From the NCBI GenBank assembly GCA_038496445.1, contig JALMLS010000078.1:1-64000 (forward strand): 64,000 nt of DNA. Direction: 5' to 3'. A program made the translations under genes and the position numbers. The notes beneath the pieces are model-generated. The model had not been told where the DNA came from, made no database searches, and saw nothing but the letters and a program-made list of their open reading frames with translations. Origin of the DNA: Trichosphaerium sp. ATCC 40318 (taxonomy: Eukaryota > Protista > Tubulinea). This document shows, in pieces, positions 11,297 through 25,172 of the stretch. The stretch's first letter is position 1. Each line of letters opens with the position of its first letter.

Positions 11297-13641
11297 TTAA
11301 GGCATAGGTTGGGTACTATTGCTCGGTATTACTGGCGTTTCTCCTTTCTTGGGAATTAAAAATACCATAAGATTAACAAAAATTAGTCCAATAACAAGAC
11401 CAAGCTCTAGAAGTCAAGGTGTAAATACAAACACAAAAGGAAAAAATCTTTAAATAGCTTTTTTTTTTTGACGATCGGTAGACAAGTAGAGTTGAGTGCT
11501 TCATTCTAAACTACTTGGGAGACGTTATGAACAATTATTACGTACGTAAAAATGTAGACATTATTAAAAATGCTCTTTTCTTATGGGCTCCTGATGCTCT
11601 TAAACTCTAAAGAAGCAAGTTAGTTTTAAGAAAGTTATCAGAAATGTTGTGGTCCGTACATAAAAAACTGATAGAGGTCCGGTGTATCCTGCAGATAATC
11701 CAAATATACCCATTGCAATACCGAGAACTATATCTTGAGCCCATTTCATCCATACATAAGCGTAAAGTACTGATAGACATTAATGGACAAAACGTTTTTT
11801 TTGAAAATAATTTAAAATCTTTAAGGTTCCTTCAGTACCTGGTAAGAAAGCTAGTCGGAATATTACAAATGCGAGAAATATAAATTTGTTACTATTAAAA
11901 ATATCACCAACGAGAAAAAGTTGCCTAGATACCATCAATACGTGTGCGAGTAAAAAGTTTAAATCACAAATATTTTATGAAAATTCAAATAATTTCAACA
12001 AAAAGAGGTACCTTCCAATGAACTCCGTGAAAAGGAAAATCTGTAGCAGTAAAAAGGAATATTGAGCAAAATCATAACTTGATACAACCATAGAAAATAA
12101 ACCCATCGTATTAGAAACATGAAATGTTGACATGAACATAATAGAAACAGGAACTAAAATAATATAAAATAAAGCCATATAAGATTTCTTGTCTTCTTTG
12201 ACTTTCTGTCTATGCCCACCAATCTTTCCCAGCTGCCTATATCATAAATCTATAAGAAAAACAACATGATAACAAATATCACGTGTAAAGAAATCGTGAA
12301 TTTTAACGACAACAACAAGCGAAAAAGCTTAAAGAAAATGTGACCCAAAAGATGTAATAACTCTGATCCACTATCACGTGATAACGTAAAAAAGATACAT
12401 GATTTTTTTTTCTTCAATCACGTGATTTCGTACTTTTTTTTCTGAATGCTAAACTCGGCAATCTCGCTGAACATGAGGATCACGTATGTTACTAATCCAA
12501 GCGAAGTAATACCAGCAGATATCCAGTAATAAATCTTGCTTCTCGACTTCGATTGATCATCAAAAAGCTCAACAGACAAGTATATTATTAGAGCAACAAC
12601 AGCAGATGCTGCATTGCCGATAACAGCTATTGGAAGAGCTACACCAGGGAACACCACAGCGAGAGTAGCAATCGTGCCATATCCAATACCACTGAATAAA
12701 CCATTAATTCCGATAATTCTACAGCTGAGTGTCAGTATTTTTTAATCGATTAGAGTTTCATTCTCGTACACTAGTAACATAGGTACGTCATTGGCGAAAG
12801 GTAAAGCGATAAGAGTTCCAACTTGTGCAACATAGCATATCGTCATTCGGAAAGCCTTTGAAATAATCAAAAAAACTTGTGTTGTCATGGAATGACGTAC
12901 ATTGCTCAATTTAATACCAACTACACGGTCTATATCATTATCCAGAACACTTTGAAGTATAAATGCGAATACAGCGGGTACCTGGTGAGCTATTTTAATT
13001 AGTCTCTTTGAGGGTTTTTTTGACAGGTTTTTTTTTTTTTGGACTTTTGATGTACCTGCGACAACTGCAGGGAAAACCCTTGGTCCAAAGTTTACAGTGA
13101 AAAACACTAAATAATTACACGTTACAATAACAATAATATATGGTTAATTCTATTTTGAGTCGTACCAATAGCGTCACGAATAGCAGAAAAGCTCATCGCA
13201 TTTGTAAGCTTTTTTTGAACAAATTTAATTAGTTTCGCGCTAGGATTGACGAAAACGCGCAGAGGATAGCTGTGTGACGTACTCCAAGAATAAAAAATAG
13301 GACATAGCCGTAATAAACTTGATTTGCGTTTGAATAATCACCCCAGCTCTTATACGATACGTCGTTCTTTCCTGGCTTTGATTTCAAGTTTTCTAACGCA
13401 CGTGTCAAAAAAAAAAACTTCAAAGCGAAAAGATTGTTTATATACGGGCCGCAGCAAGGTCCTCCATTGTACAAAGTTGTTATACTACGAAGCGTTTGTT
13501 GTTGAAGCGCTATGTTATCGGGGTTTTTGGCATTTGGGTAGACTTAGTCACGTTTCACTAAAACAAAGCCAACAAGTCAAAAAACCCTCACCTTTGTACT
13601 GGTTGTGCTTGGATGTGTTTATTTGGACGCAAAAAACTCAT
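11297..13641 (-). CDS. Equilibrative nucleoside transporter (SLC29/ENT)-like, multi-exon
   Basis: YYGYVLFFILG (TM1), GLFSGIGYGTIATLAVVFPG...IGNAASAVV, IYYWISAGIT, a further run of hydrophobic exons, final LGLVIG. Confidence 0.75.
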
Positions 13642-13800
13642 GACGTTTTCTGACGTTTGAGCTGAAAAACCCAAAGAGGTTTTTAGGGAACAGTACATCG
13701 AGACGAAACGTTAGGTAGACACTGAAGATGAAATTTTACCAAAACGAATTCTGTTTTATTTAACATTTCAAAATACAGATTCACCTTGGCATTGTAATCT

Positions 13801-16800
13801 CTAAGATTCCTCTTTTTCTATGAGTCCTACTCTTTCCTCTTCATCTTCATATTTCTTCTTCCATTTATTACGATCATTCTTTGCAGCTTTAATCAGTTTT
13901 TTAAGTCTATTCGAAACAACATATTAGTCAAGGTTATAAGTCTTCAGAAAACGGAAAATAACACAAAGACAAACACAGAGTTTTCTGATTTTCTGGTGGC
14001 GTACTCATCAAGTCGTGTGCTTGCGTCTTCTATCAGCTTTCTGACATCAGTGGTTGCTATAGATCCTGTACTCATGAATGTTCCTGATGTTGTATTTGTT
14101 GTGTTAGGCTGAACAGGCGTAGCAATAGCTGTTGATTCCATTGAGATACCCTCACCAGTGCGATTCATGTCTGTTTTGTTACCGAAAAATATGTATTGCA
14201 ATATACAAGCAAGTAGTGTGAACGCTATAATGGTCGAAAAACATCAAAACAAAGAAGTTTAAAGGGTGATAAAAATAAAACCAAAAAAAAATGGAATTCA
14301 CGTGTTTCTTTTGTGCGTTCACGTGATTTTTTTTAAATCCTGGTACGTACCTACTGAGCATATGATACCCAAGGATGAAATTATGTAAACTAGCGTCACT
14401 ACATCACGACCAAAGTCACCGAGGCTGATTCTTACAGCGATGATTATAATGAAGAAACTGCCAATGATATATATTGATACAGCTATAACTTTTGTATGTT
14501 GGCGGCAACAGCACGCCATATCTTTAACAAAATACGCGAATATGAATCCAATAACTATCATAAGAACCTGGATAAAGAGTTAAGTCGGAAAAATGTGGTT
14601 AAGTTTTTCGCACCTTTTCTATTGCGAATATAATAGTAAACACTGTTTCAGTGGTTTCATTGCCATCGCATATGATGTATGACTTTGATAGATCAAAGTC
14701 ATCTGGAGATTGTTTAACACTCTTTAGGTTGTTTATAGTCGAATGCAGTATTAGAATGACAGAGTCAATGACTACAAGGCCGAGGACAATAACAACAATT
14801 GACATAGGTCTAAAACAATTCAAAAAAAAATTAATCGAAAAAATTGATTTTGTTGAAATCCTTACCGCACTCTAACACTGTTATCCTTATTCTTATGACC
14901 GATAACAATCAATAAAGCCTTTGCAAAGAAAGACCTGTGTTAAGTGAGTGTACTGTTACTTGCTTGTGTTAAGCAAAAAGGAGTACCCAAAAAACATTGT
15001 GAATCCAATATGAAATAGGAACAGTGAAACGTGGCACGCTGCTGATTGGTCTATTGAAGGTGCCCAAAAAACATTTGTAGTCCTACACAGAATAAATACT
15101 TGTTACAAAGGAAAACCCCTACGTGAATATGATTGCTCCGATTGAAATCAAAACGTGTAACAAAGGTATTGGCCGAGAAGCTTTCTAAAGAAAAAAACAA
15201 CGTTAAAATTGAAGACAAAGCTATAACATCATCACGTGATGTGCACCACTAGATTGTATATCACGTGATATTTTGCAAGGAACAAAATTGATTGACATAA
15301 AATAATCACGTTCACGTGCAACCACGTGATTTATAAAGGAACAAAAGAGCATAGAAAAATGTTGGTACCTTCTCTTCAATGGTGATATACACGGCGAATA
15401 CCACAGACATTAAAATAACTATCAAAGCAATAACAGTAATGACAATCTCTCCAAACGGGTTTTTACGCCATTCAAGGTTTTCTGATCTGTCTTTAAAAGG
15501 TACAATAGGATAAATCATCGATACTACAGTGGAGGCTAAATAGTGCTTTAGAGAAATAAACATGTTTTGAACTAAGTTAATCACCTTCTATCGGACCAAG
15601 TATCTCCATGTATTCTTCTCCTTCGTAATTTCCATCGCGGTTTTGTACCTGAGAGAAGTACGGTCTCCATTTTTGTGCGTGTGTTATATCCCATGAATAG
15701 TCTCCATTGAAAGTACTAAATGATGTTAACTAAACTGCTCAAATCGAAAAAAACGCCAAACTTAGTCTTTCAAAATGAACGCATCAAAAAAAGGCGTACA
15801 CAAATTTACTTCGAAATAGTGTATCTCTGATTTTCTTGTGATCCAGCGAATCAAGAGCCTTAAACAGCATCAGCGTAGAAAAGTAAAAAAAAAAGGTGCA
15901 AAAAAAAAAGTGGAGAGACTTAATTGTGGGCTTTGTTTGTTCGTTGAAAACTCACTTCTATTGTTTGGAATAAGAATGATCCTGCCATAAATCCGTTCAA
16001 ATAAAACAAGCTATCAACTTCCTCTGTTGTTTCATCGTAATAATTCGCCAGTTGATTGAGATATGTTGTATAATTACCACCTGTGAATTCATCACTTTGG
16101 AAAGCTGTTCGTGCAGAATTTACACTTATACCAGAGTGCATATTGCCTTATTTAAAGAGTGAATAAGAATATGTTTATAGTTTACTAGTAGTCAACCTGA
16201 AGGATTGAATAAAAAGACACTAGTGAGAATATGAATCACCATTTTCGGCGTCCTATAATGAGAAAATAAATGAGTCAACTTGTTTTTAGCTCATTTTTTT
16301 TTGGCTTACCATTCTATTTCTTCCATCACTGGTACTATTCTACGTGCTGCACCTTCCCATGCGAGTACATATACACAATCTATATCGGGATATTTCTAAG
16401 AAACAAATGAGTACAATCAAACAAACTTGAGATAAAAAGGGAAAAAAAAAAAAGAAGAAAAATCGCACTCACTTCGGCTGCTGCTTGAACAGATGCTGTA
16501 ATGTTCTGTTGTATTTCGTCTGATATCTCATCTCTTAATGATCCAGTATCCATCACATAGAATGTTTCTTCTGGTTTAATACCAACGTTCCGTTTTAAAC
16601 CTTCTAGTAACACCTAAAACAACAGAACTTTAGTTTTCATTGTTATACATTTCTTTGTTAATTTCTTACGCTCTCGTAAGGAGGGATATCGTCTCGTAAT
16701 TGACGTATAATAATCACTCGTTTCACTTTCTTCAATCTCAAGTATGGATACGTGCTATCCCAGTAGCTTGAAGTAAAAGAAAGTAAGATATTAAAAAACA

Positions 16801-17449
16801 AAGTACAATTGTAAATGATTTTTCTCCTTCTTATTGTAGTTCTAAAGAGTACGCACTGTTTCACCGATTCCCTCAGCGGTAGAACATTTTGAAAGTCTCT
16901 CCATGCGCTGTCCAAAGCAATACCAGTGTCAATCTATTATCAAATAAATAAACTCAAAAATCCTTTTTTCCCCGATTATCCTTTTGCCTACCCTGAAGCA
17001 CTCTGGGTACTGATCAATCTCACGTGATATATTTAGAAACCAAGATTCATAGCCACCGAAAAGGTATATAGGCTCTTTATTCTCTCTGATACGCCTACAC
17101 AAGTCTCTGTAATGCTAAAAACCCGAGTTGTTAGACAACGCTAGAACTTTTTCTCTAAAAACTATTCATCACGTGCCTGTATTTTTAATTCGATATCATC
17201 CCATGAGTCGGTGATATTAATTCTAACTTCATACTTCGTTTTTGAATCAGTTTGTCTTATGTTGTTTACCCAATGCGCAAAGAACTTCAAACCATCACGT
17301 GCACGTTCTTCAAAACTTGCTGAAAGCGTTCTATTACCAGACAAGTCAAAAGAACCTGCAAGCGTTATTATTTTTGTTTCAGGTAGTGACTGCTGGCAAA
17401 CGGTCGTATACAATAACAAGCAAGTTACGATTAATGTGACCACACGCAT
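13801..17449 (-). CDS. Class C (GABA-B/Grl-like) GPCR: signal peptide, periplasmic-binding-type ectodomain, 7TM, coiled-coil tail
   Basis: Signal peptide; LAGSFDLSG; YLFGGYES; a MIYP..P segment before TM1; hydrophobic TM exons; TM7 followed by KKITTCLYIAIHIFR-type tail and a coiled coil. Confidence 0.8.
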
Positions 17450-18666
17450 TTTGTGTCGTTGTGTTTCTTTAGAAAACTGTAAAAATATGGTGAAATACTA
17501 CATAGCTTTTTGACTACTGAAAATTTTCTGACTTTCTAAACATACGCAACCATGAGTGTTATGAAACTAGGTAGTTACAACGAAAAATAGCCTAAGCTTA
17601 GCCAACGGGTTGTCCCACGAATATTCGTAAGGAAGTGCTTATTCGGCGCAAGGATGCTGCCATTGCAAGTTATCCCATACTGCGTAGGTTGTTTTTTAGA
17701 AACTAAAACTTGACATGTTGTATTAACACATTGTTATGCTGTATTTGCTCAACATCAGTAAGTAACCCGCTATTATAGCAAGCCTTTAAATATAATGCAG
17801 GTATACCGTATCCGCTCGGCTATCTCAAGCTAAATGACCAAGTGGCTTCCACAGACGCAAGAATCTAGCACGTGATACAGTTTTAGTAAAAAATAGGCAA
17901 TTGAGCTGACGCAACACCATTGCTGTTTGATAATACTGAAGTTGTCACATTTGAGAAGAATGCCTAGCATCTGGTTGGATGTACAGAGCACATTTGAGCG
18001 CTATTCTAAGTTATAATCCTTTAAATATTTTGCTCTGAACAGAGTGCTGTAGGTTCGGCCGTTGGCTTTGTAAGAATGCTATAATTAAAGTCAATTGAAT
18101 GCTTGTATTAAACCCTTTTTCCGTTTCTGTGTTAAAAGCTTATATTCTAGACATGAGCCTATGTAGAGATGGCGTTGCCAACGCTGTTGATTGTATGTCG
18201 AAAGAGAAATCCAGGAAAAGCAATGGAAGACAATCGTTTTGCTCGGATGGAAATGATTGCAGTACCGTCAATAACTCAAGTAACGTTCAAAGGAGGATTG
18301 ATTGAAATGGAATCTCAGCTTGTACCCGGGTGTAAAAACTGGAGGCACTCTAGAGGTGCATCTTAGATGAAACTCGAGAGTACAATGAAGCAAAATGAGT
18401 TTTGTTTCTGTTTGATTGATTTCAGTTAAACAGGACTACTTTGATACGGCAAGACACGTGGCATTGGTAATAGCTACACGATGCCATAGCTAACGACATG
18501 ACATTGGCTTGAACTCCCTAGCCTGCCAAGTCGTAACATGTTTTTGATAGGCCTAAAAAACCAGCCAAACAAATTTTAGTCAATCATCGTAAAAACCGGC
18601 AACGGGTCTTTTAAACGCAACAAGTAACACTGTAATGCGGTGCTCAGCAAGAATATATACCCTAAA

Positions 18667-19458
18667 ATGACAGAAAAACATCAAACAGCTATAAAAGAGA
18701 CATCACTTGATACCATATTGCCACCAGAGACGCTGACACAAATACTAAGCTTCTTGGAAAGAAAATATCGTTTTACAGCTTCTTTGGTTTCCCACATGTT
18801 CAATTCTATTATTCGGTGCCATATAGGCTTTGGTACAATCAATATCTCGGACTCATCAGAGTTTATCAATCTCAAAGGAAGCCCTCTTCTCAAAAACACA
18901 AAAATCAGTTTCCATAAAACATTTTCGAAGAAAAAAGACTTGAAGTTTCTTCGTGGTGTTCACACCTTAGATCTAAGATGGTCATCAGTTAGAAATGTAT
19001 CTATTCAGGATTATTTTGGACATAACAACACTAGTATTCATTGCATCAACTTGGCTAATACAAACATAAAAGATTTTTCATTAGAGGTAATGAAGAATTG
19101 TAATGTACATACTATTGATATTAGTGGGTGTAGACGTATAACTGCAGAAGGTATAAAGCACCTCAAAGATGTTCATAAAATCACTTTTTCTCAGCCTAAA
19201 GATGTAGAATGGTTCCGGCATCTTTGTGATGTGAACACTGTTCATATTAGTGGACAAACGGTAAAGTGTAATGATGATGGAATCAGTTTATTGACAAATG
19301 TCAAACACTTGCTTCTGCTTCGCTGTGATTCAGTGACGGTATCTGGATTGAAGAATTTGAAGAACCTTCAAACCCTTGAAATATGGAACTGTGCCAAGCT
19401 AAAGAGCGAATCTGATTTGAAATCATTCCTTCCTAAATGCTCTATAACACTCTTCTAA
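18667..19458 (+). CDS. F-box + LRR protein (intronless, diverged repeats)
   Basis: ILPPETLTQILSFL F-box, GSPLLKNT motif, GVHTLDLRW and VHTIDISGCRRITAEGIKHL. Confidence 0.9.
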   Translation: MTEKHQTAIKETSLDTILPPETLTQILSFLERKYRFTASLVSHMFNSIIRCHIGFGTINISDSSEFINLKGSPLLKNTKISFHKTFSKKKDLKFLRGVHTLDLRWSSVRNVSIQDYFGHNNTSIHCINLANTNIKDFSLEVMKNCNVHTIDISGCRRITAEGIKHLKDVHKITFSQPKDVEWFRHLCDVNTVHISGQTVKCNDDGISLLTNVKHLLLLRCDSVTVSGLKNLKNLQTLEIWNCAKLKSESDLKSFLPKCSITLF

Positions 19459-19957
19459 ATGGTGGTTAAACTACACTCCTTTGGGGAACCTTTAAAGTTA
19501 AAGCATGTGACTACAAATAAAACCATTTCTTATCAGTTGTTAGATTCTCATGTCTTGTTGTGATCTACAAGATTGCATGAGAGAATACGTCTAGACTCAG
19601 CTTCGATCCACTGGGTGCTTTTAATTTCCTTCAACTCTTGAGGTTCAAAGCAAATTTAAAATGAGAAAGGTACAACGCTACAACGCTTGTAGGTAAGTAA
19701 AGATGCCTTTATTGTTCGTCAGTCTGGACGAATGTGGACTTTACAAATTTAAAGTACATGTTCTTCACCACATCTTTGTCGCTCTCGAAACTGCACTGTA
19801 AAAAAGACAATTGTTGCATTCATGGTATGTGTGAGAAGGTCATTACTACCCTAAAAACAAGTTGAATACTTTGGCCAAGAAAATGGGAACATTCGTTAAG
19901 TCATGATCAAGATCGTTCTTTGATCGCGACTAAGCAAAAAAAAAATGATTTCACAAA

Positions 19958-22040
19958 ATGCTCTCACCTACAATGATTAAAAATAAAAAAAATATACCAA
20001 AGAAGAGGCCATCATACTCAAGTATTGTTGTAGCAAAAAACCAAAGATGTAGCGTTGTTCTGAAAATACCTTTCTACAGAATAAACGATAATGAACACCC
20101 CAAGACATACAGCATCATCGCTTGCGTACATCAATCTGTTAGAGCTCTAAAACGCGAACTATCTAAAATAATATCACCGGAACCAAGTACGGGCATTTAA
20201 TACCTCCCATATTTGGTCACGTGCCGTTTTTTTGCGTACACGTGATCGCGATCTTTTGGAAAGAAATTTAGGATTTAATGGTCTAAAAAACTAAATTTTA
20301 AAGTTTACCCGCTCACCAAGCGCTTTTGTAGGCGGTATTCTTATTGCAGAGGCTTCAGAGCATTATATAAGCAGATTTTATAAAAACACTGATAGAGTTA
20401 AAGCTATAGGCGCCAATGTCATCGCATACGAGGTGAGAAATAGAGACGCTTTGGATTACTAGAGTTTTTGATTTTTTTTTTTCGAAAAGATTCCAAACGG
20501 AGCAAATGCGCCCGGGTTTTCTATGGCGCACGTGATACATCGCGAAAGCAGGAAGAAGGATATTTCAAAACCGTTTGGAGTACCATTTATGGTTCACTTC
20601 AACTCAAGAGATACAACAACACGTGAACTGTACAGCATTGTACGACTTGACAAGATGGTTTTACAAAAAAAAGCAGATTTTTTGTGATTTGACGTTTTTA
20701 GGTTTGGAATTGTTGCGTTCACATGATATATCCTGGTGAAGATGAACATAGAGAAATAGACTATGATAATCTTCCTTTCCATCTGGCTGTAGTCAATAGG
20801 GATGGAACAATTTGTCGTAGACGTGGATGCAAAAGGTTGGATACTTTTTTTCTTTTCTTGCTTTTTTTTTTTCGGATTCTGAGAGTACTTTTTTGATTAG
20901 GGACTGCTATGGGTGTTATCTAAATACTCAGGATCGTAATATTAATATTTGTAAAACTGTATTTACACTTGCAATTGATTGGTCTAAATTGACTTTTTCA
21001 AGAGTCAAGTATGAATCATACAAAGCACTGGTATTTTGAACATTCGCTGAGCTTTTTTTTTGGTTTTGTCTAAGTTTCTTCCCATGTAGATAAGATCAGC
21101 TTTAGAGCATGAAAAGAAACGTGAAGAAGATTATTTGGTTGTACAAAGTGAAGAAGCGTCAACTAGTGATATGATGAAGTGAGTAGTATTTCAAGCATAT
21201 TTGGTTGTATTTTTTTTTTTTGAAGATTTGTTCACAAGTTTTACTGACGTTCTCTTGCACTTGTGACATAAAAAACTAACGCTTTTGATATCTGACATTA
21301 TGTACAATGTTTTGATAATGTTATTCTTGACTACAAGTTGAGGGATGACAACGAATTTGAGTGTCCAGAATTCTTAACTTGTTTTTTTTTCGAATGTTTT
21401 TATTTAACTTTTTTATTGAGGAAACCGAGCATGACCAACTTGGCTGATGCTATGGAAGATGCAATCAAATTATCTAATCGTGTTAATCAACTTGAAGGTG
21501 TATTAAAGAAAACTAAGAAAAAACTAACAGAAGTACTTCATGCAGAGACAAGGCACACTTTATTTTTCCAACTTATTTTTTCCATTGCTGATTTAAATCA
21601 CGTGTGATGTTTTCTACCACGTTTTTTATTGAAATTAATAATTGATTAGATCTAAAACACTTACTAAACAAATTGTTCTGAAGAACCTGTCATCTATGAA
21701 CTCAAAAACAGCATGTAAAGTAAGTCACCGAAGAAATGAAAAAAAAATTCTAGAAAGTCTTTTTTGTACAACTACGTTATATCCAATCACAAGTTTAATC
21801 TTATTATTTTTAAGATATGTAATGAAAGGGATATTAACTCTATATTTTATCCATGTAAACACGCTTGTTGGTACATACTTAAACAAATTTGTTTTAATTT
21901 TTTCTTTTTTTTTTTTTTAATCAACATTCGTTTACAGTTGTCTTCAATGTGGCACTAATCATCTCAAAACAAATCATAAGCAATGTCCAATATGCTACCA
22001 AGGCTGTAAAATAGAAGAATTTTATCCACACTACGGGTGA
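19958..22040 (+). CDS. C-terminal C3HC4 RING E3 ligase with a coiled coil and a possible N-terminal ubiquitin-like domain, multi-exon
   Basis: Spliced end ACK|ICNERDINSIFYPCKHACC|CLQC...CPIC; N-terminal QSVRALKRELSK is UBL-like. Confidence 0.75.
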
Positions 22041-22870
22041 CACGTAATAAATAAATAATTATACGAAATTTCGTGTGCAAAATTACTTGCCCTTGTCACT
22101 GTACTTTATGCAATCAAGCTTTAACCAGCTTGTAACTCAAAGTTACATATTTCCTTTCTAACTAGAAAGATGATAGAACGTTTTATAATGAAGCATCTAT
22201 GTACGTCATGGTAGTCAAACCAAACCAATATTTCGTCTATCTGCAGTGTACTTGTGACTTTCTGGGTTTTTTGTGTATCAATAAGAATAAGATTGTTATA
22301 AGGAATAGAGCAGCAAAGCAAAGCAATGATGTTGTATATCACTCTACACTTGGGCAGGTTTAGTCAACGCAAAACTATGCATACTTCTCAAAGTAAGAAG
22401 CCAGACTTAATAGAGATTCCAAACAGAAAAACTGGTGATAGATGTTTGTGAAACATAAGAAAGGGTTATGTGTAAAACCGCATTGATGCTAAGCTCTTGA
22501 ATCATCAAACTCTTTAGTTTTTATGGTGTTTATTGCCCTAAACGGTACACCTTGCTATGTGTGATTTATGACAGATAGATCAGTATTAAACAAGTGATGT
22601 AGTCAAAATTGTTTACTAGGATGTTGTAAGCAGAATTCTGTTTTGTAGAAACCTCGCATTACCCTTTTCTTCTTCTGTTAATTGAAAAATAGTTACCAAC
22701 TACAGGAACGCATCGTTTTAATCCCAACAGATTGATTTAGGTTGCCTGCAATTAATGCAGTAGTATTGTAATATTGTATGAGTCTACGATTAAGCGACAA
22801 GCCGTAGCGTTCACATTTGTCTCCTTTAGACTATCCATCATTAAAACTTCATAATAACCCAATCCTCAAC

Positions 22871-23780
22871 ATGTCCACAGAAGCAGAACAAATCTCTGGT
22901 GAAACCACAAACCCTACTCTTACTCTTGAAATACCTAAAATCTTACCTGACGGACCTCCTACCGCTTCTTCTATCAGAAACGAAGTTAACCCTCTGGTAT
23001 TATTGCCAGGTCGTTGGGCTACGAAAGCAAACGAGCCTGCAAACTTTACAGTTTTCCCTGTGAGCAGGTTTCATCAACCAGGTACCCAATACGAACACGG
23101 TTAAAAAAAAACAATCACGTGTACACCACGTTTTTTTGGTTTTGGTTTTTTGACTTTTTCTTTAGCTTCTAATGGAAAAAATACTGTAAAACTGATGAAC
23201 GAGGAGTTTATCTTTGATGACTTTAGTCGAGAAAATAACATCTTCGGAAGGCAATCTAACCAAGGATGTGCTTATAAGCGTAGAGTCACATCACCAGGCA
23301 TCAATGGTAGACAAATCCATGACGAAAGAGGATACATGGTTATGTACGATCAACAAGTTAGATTTTTCTTTGCTTCCTCTAACTTAAAGATAGATCTAAC
23401 ACTGGCGAGACTTATCGTCCTATGGTTGTTGGTCGGGGTATCTCAACTCTCGCTGGGATGAAAACCGGTGGCATGATAAGGGCTAGCCCTGGGTTTTATG
23501 TCATTAAATTCAATGCTAGACGTGGTGACCGTAAGTCCTTCAAAGCTCTGTACCTAACTTGTTGCTGATGCTTTTATTAATAGCTGACTTTGGAATTATG
23601 AACAATCCTGCTCTGAAGATAAGTGGCGATATGATTCAACTTCAAAGTACATTCTGGCTTGATACTACTGTGTTTCCATGGAAGCTTGAGTATGAGGAGC
23701 GTATACTCCTTGAACTCTCTAACAATCGCCGTTTCTTTGTTCATAGTCAACGCGCAAAGCTCTTTAAAGATGTTGTATAA
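22871..23780 (+). CDS. Nitrobindin/THAP4-like (DUF1794) heme-binding beta-barrel, resembling the longer bacterial type, 4 exons
   Basis: NPLVLLPGRW, NEEFIF, IHDERGYM, VGRGISTLAG, ARRGDP|DFGIMNNP and C-terminal FVHSQRAKL follow the family motif order including the C-terminal His (recognised from memory). Confidence 0.65.
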
Positions 23781-24215
23781 CTTGTTCTTTAAATAAAACC
23801 TGTCGTCTACACTTTTTTTGCAATGATTGATCAGTTGGCACTTGAGGTGTATACTCTGATCAGAGTGAGAAATCTCTAGATACTATTCTGTAAATAGGTA
23901 TCAATAGCTTGTCACTCAAGGTGCGGTAACACACTGATTGATGACTAATATGACCTTGAGTGTCTGTGATTACACACTAGTTGTAACGAAAAATCACAAA
24001 AAAAAAAAAACTAAGGCATACATAAAAAGGCATAGTGGTTAATGATTTATGATCATGATTTGACAGAAGCGTCAATTCTGGCAAGCTCTGCTAAAAGTGC
24101 TACAAAGTCACTTTTTTCCAGAATTAAAAGTATAACGAACTGAGATGGACAAGAACACGTGACTCGTTTAGTGAAGAAAGTTCAAGACCCACAAACTTTT
24201 TCAAACAACAGTAAA

Positions 24216-25172
24216 ATGACAACTAAGCAGCTTGCACGTGTTAATACTTTACTCATGGAAGTAACAAACTTGTTTTCGCTACCGATCGAGATACTTTTAT
24301 ATATTATTGTCAACAACGACCTTTCATGGCAAGATTTGGCATCATTACAACAATCAAACCATCATCTATGCGAAATGATACGAAACGACTCTGATTACAT
24401 TTACCAACATTTGTACCACCAGAAATGGGGACACGATGCCGAAGAAATAGAGTCTATTGTCCATCAACATGATTTGAACGCTCAACAGTTCTTTTTGGAC
24501 AAGCAGTCAAGTCTTCTAAAGTCATTAACTTTGTACAGTGGTGATGCAGTAAGGTGGAAAGAAAAGTACAGGAATAAACTTCGTCCAAACATCATTGCAG
24601 AGTTGAGTTGTGACAAGAAACATGTTCACAAAGGACAGACAGTAACACTCAAACTTACTCTCGAGAATATTGGTAAAACGGAGGAGACAGTACACCTTGG
24701 TACTGGGTCAAGGCTTGATGATTGTCATCTTATTGAAGGAGGAAGTGCTGTTTATATTTGGAAGCCTCTTGTCAGAAATCTTGATAGGTTGTTCGAAAAT
24801 TACCATATCGCACACATTGTACCTGAATTTTCTTTTAATGCAAGAATACAAGAATTTACTCTTGAACTGAAACCAGGAGATAGACGTACATTTGAGATAC
24901 CGTTACTGTTGGACAAAATGAAACGCTCAACAATAGCAACACGGCTTTTAATGGAACCAGCTATACCCTCTGGTACACTATCTCTTCACGGCAAAATACA
25001 TCAAGTGTGTGTTGCCTGCGATGAAACACCAGATGTGTTTCCTCTTCAACTATTTGCAAAAGTCAATACTTTACACGAGTCACGTTTAGATATTTCTGAT
25101 ACTATTCATGGACATTGCTCGGCTGTTACAAGTAATGTTATAAACCTTACAATGTACAAGACGTCCCAATAA
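24216..25172 (+). CDS. F-box protein with a C-terminal beta-sandwich (Ig/CARDB-like) domain, intronless
   Basis: LFSLPIEILLYII...LSWQDLASLQQSN F-box; ELSCDKKHVHKGQTVTLKLTLENIG...LELKPGDRRTFEI. Confidence 0.8.
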   Translation: MTTKQLARVNTLLMEVTNLFSLPIEILLYIIVNNDLSWQDLASLQQSNHHLCEMIRNDSDYIYQHLYHQKWGHDAEEIESIVHQHDLNAQQFFLDKQSSLLKSLTLYSGDAVRWKEKYRNKLRPNIIAELSCDKKHVHKGQTVTLKLTLENIGKTEETVHLGTGSRLDDCHLIEGGSAVYIWKPLVRNLDRLFENYHIAHIVPEFSFNARIQEFTLELKPGDRRTFEIPLLLDKMKRSTIATRLLMEPAIPSGTLSLHGKIHQVCVACDETPDVFPLQLFAKVNTLHESRLDISDTIHGHCSAVTSNVINLTMYKTSQ

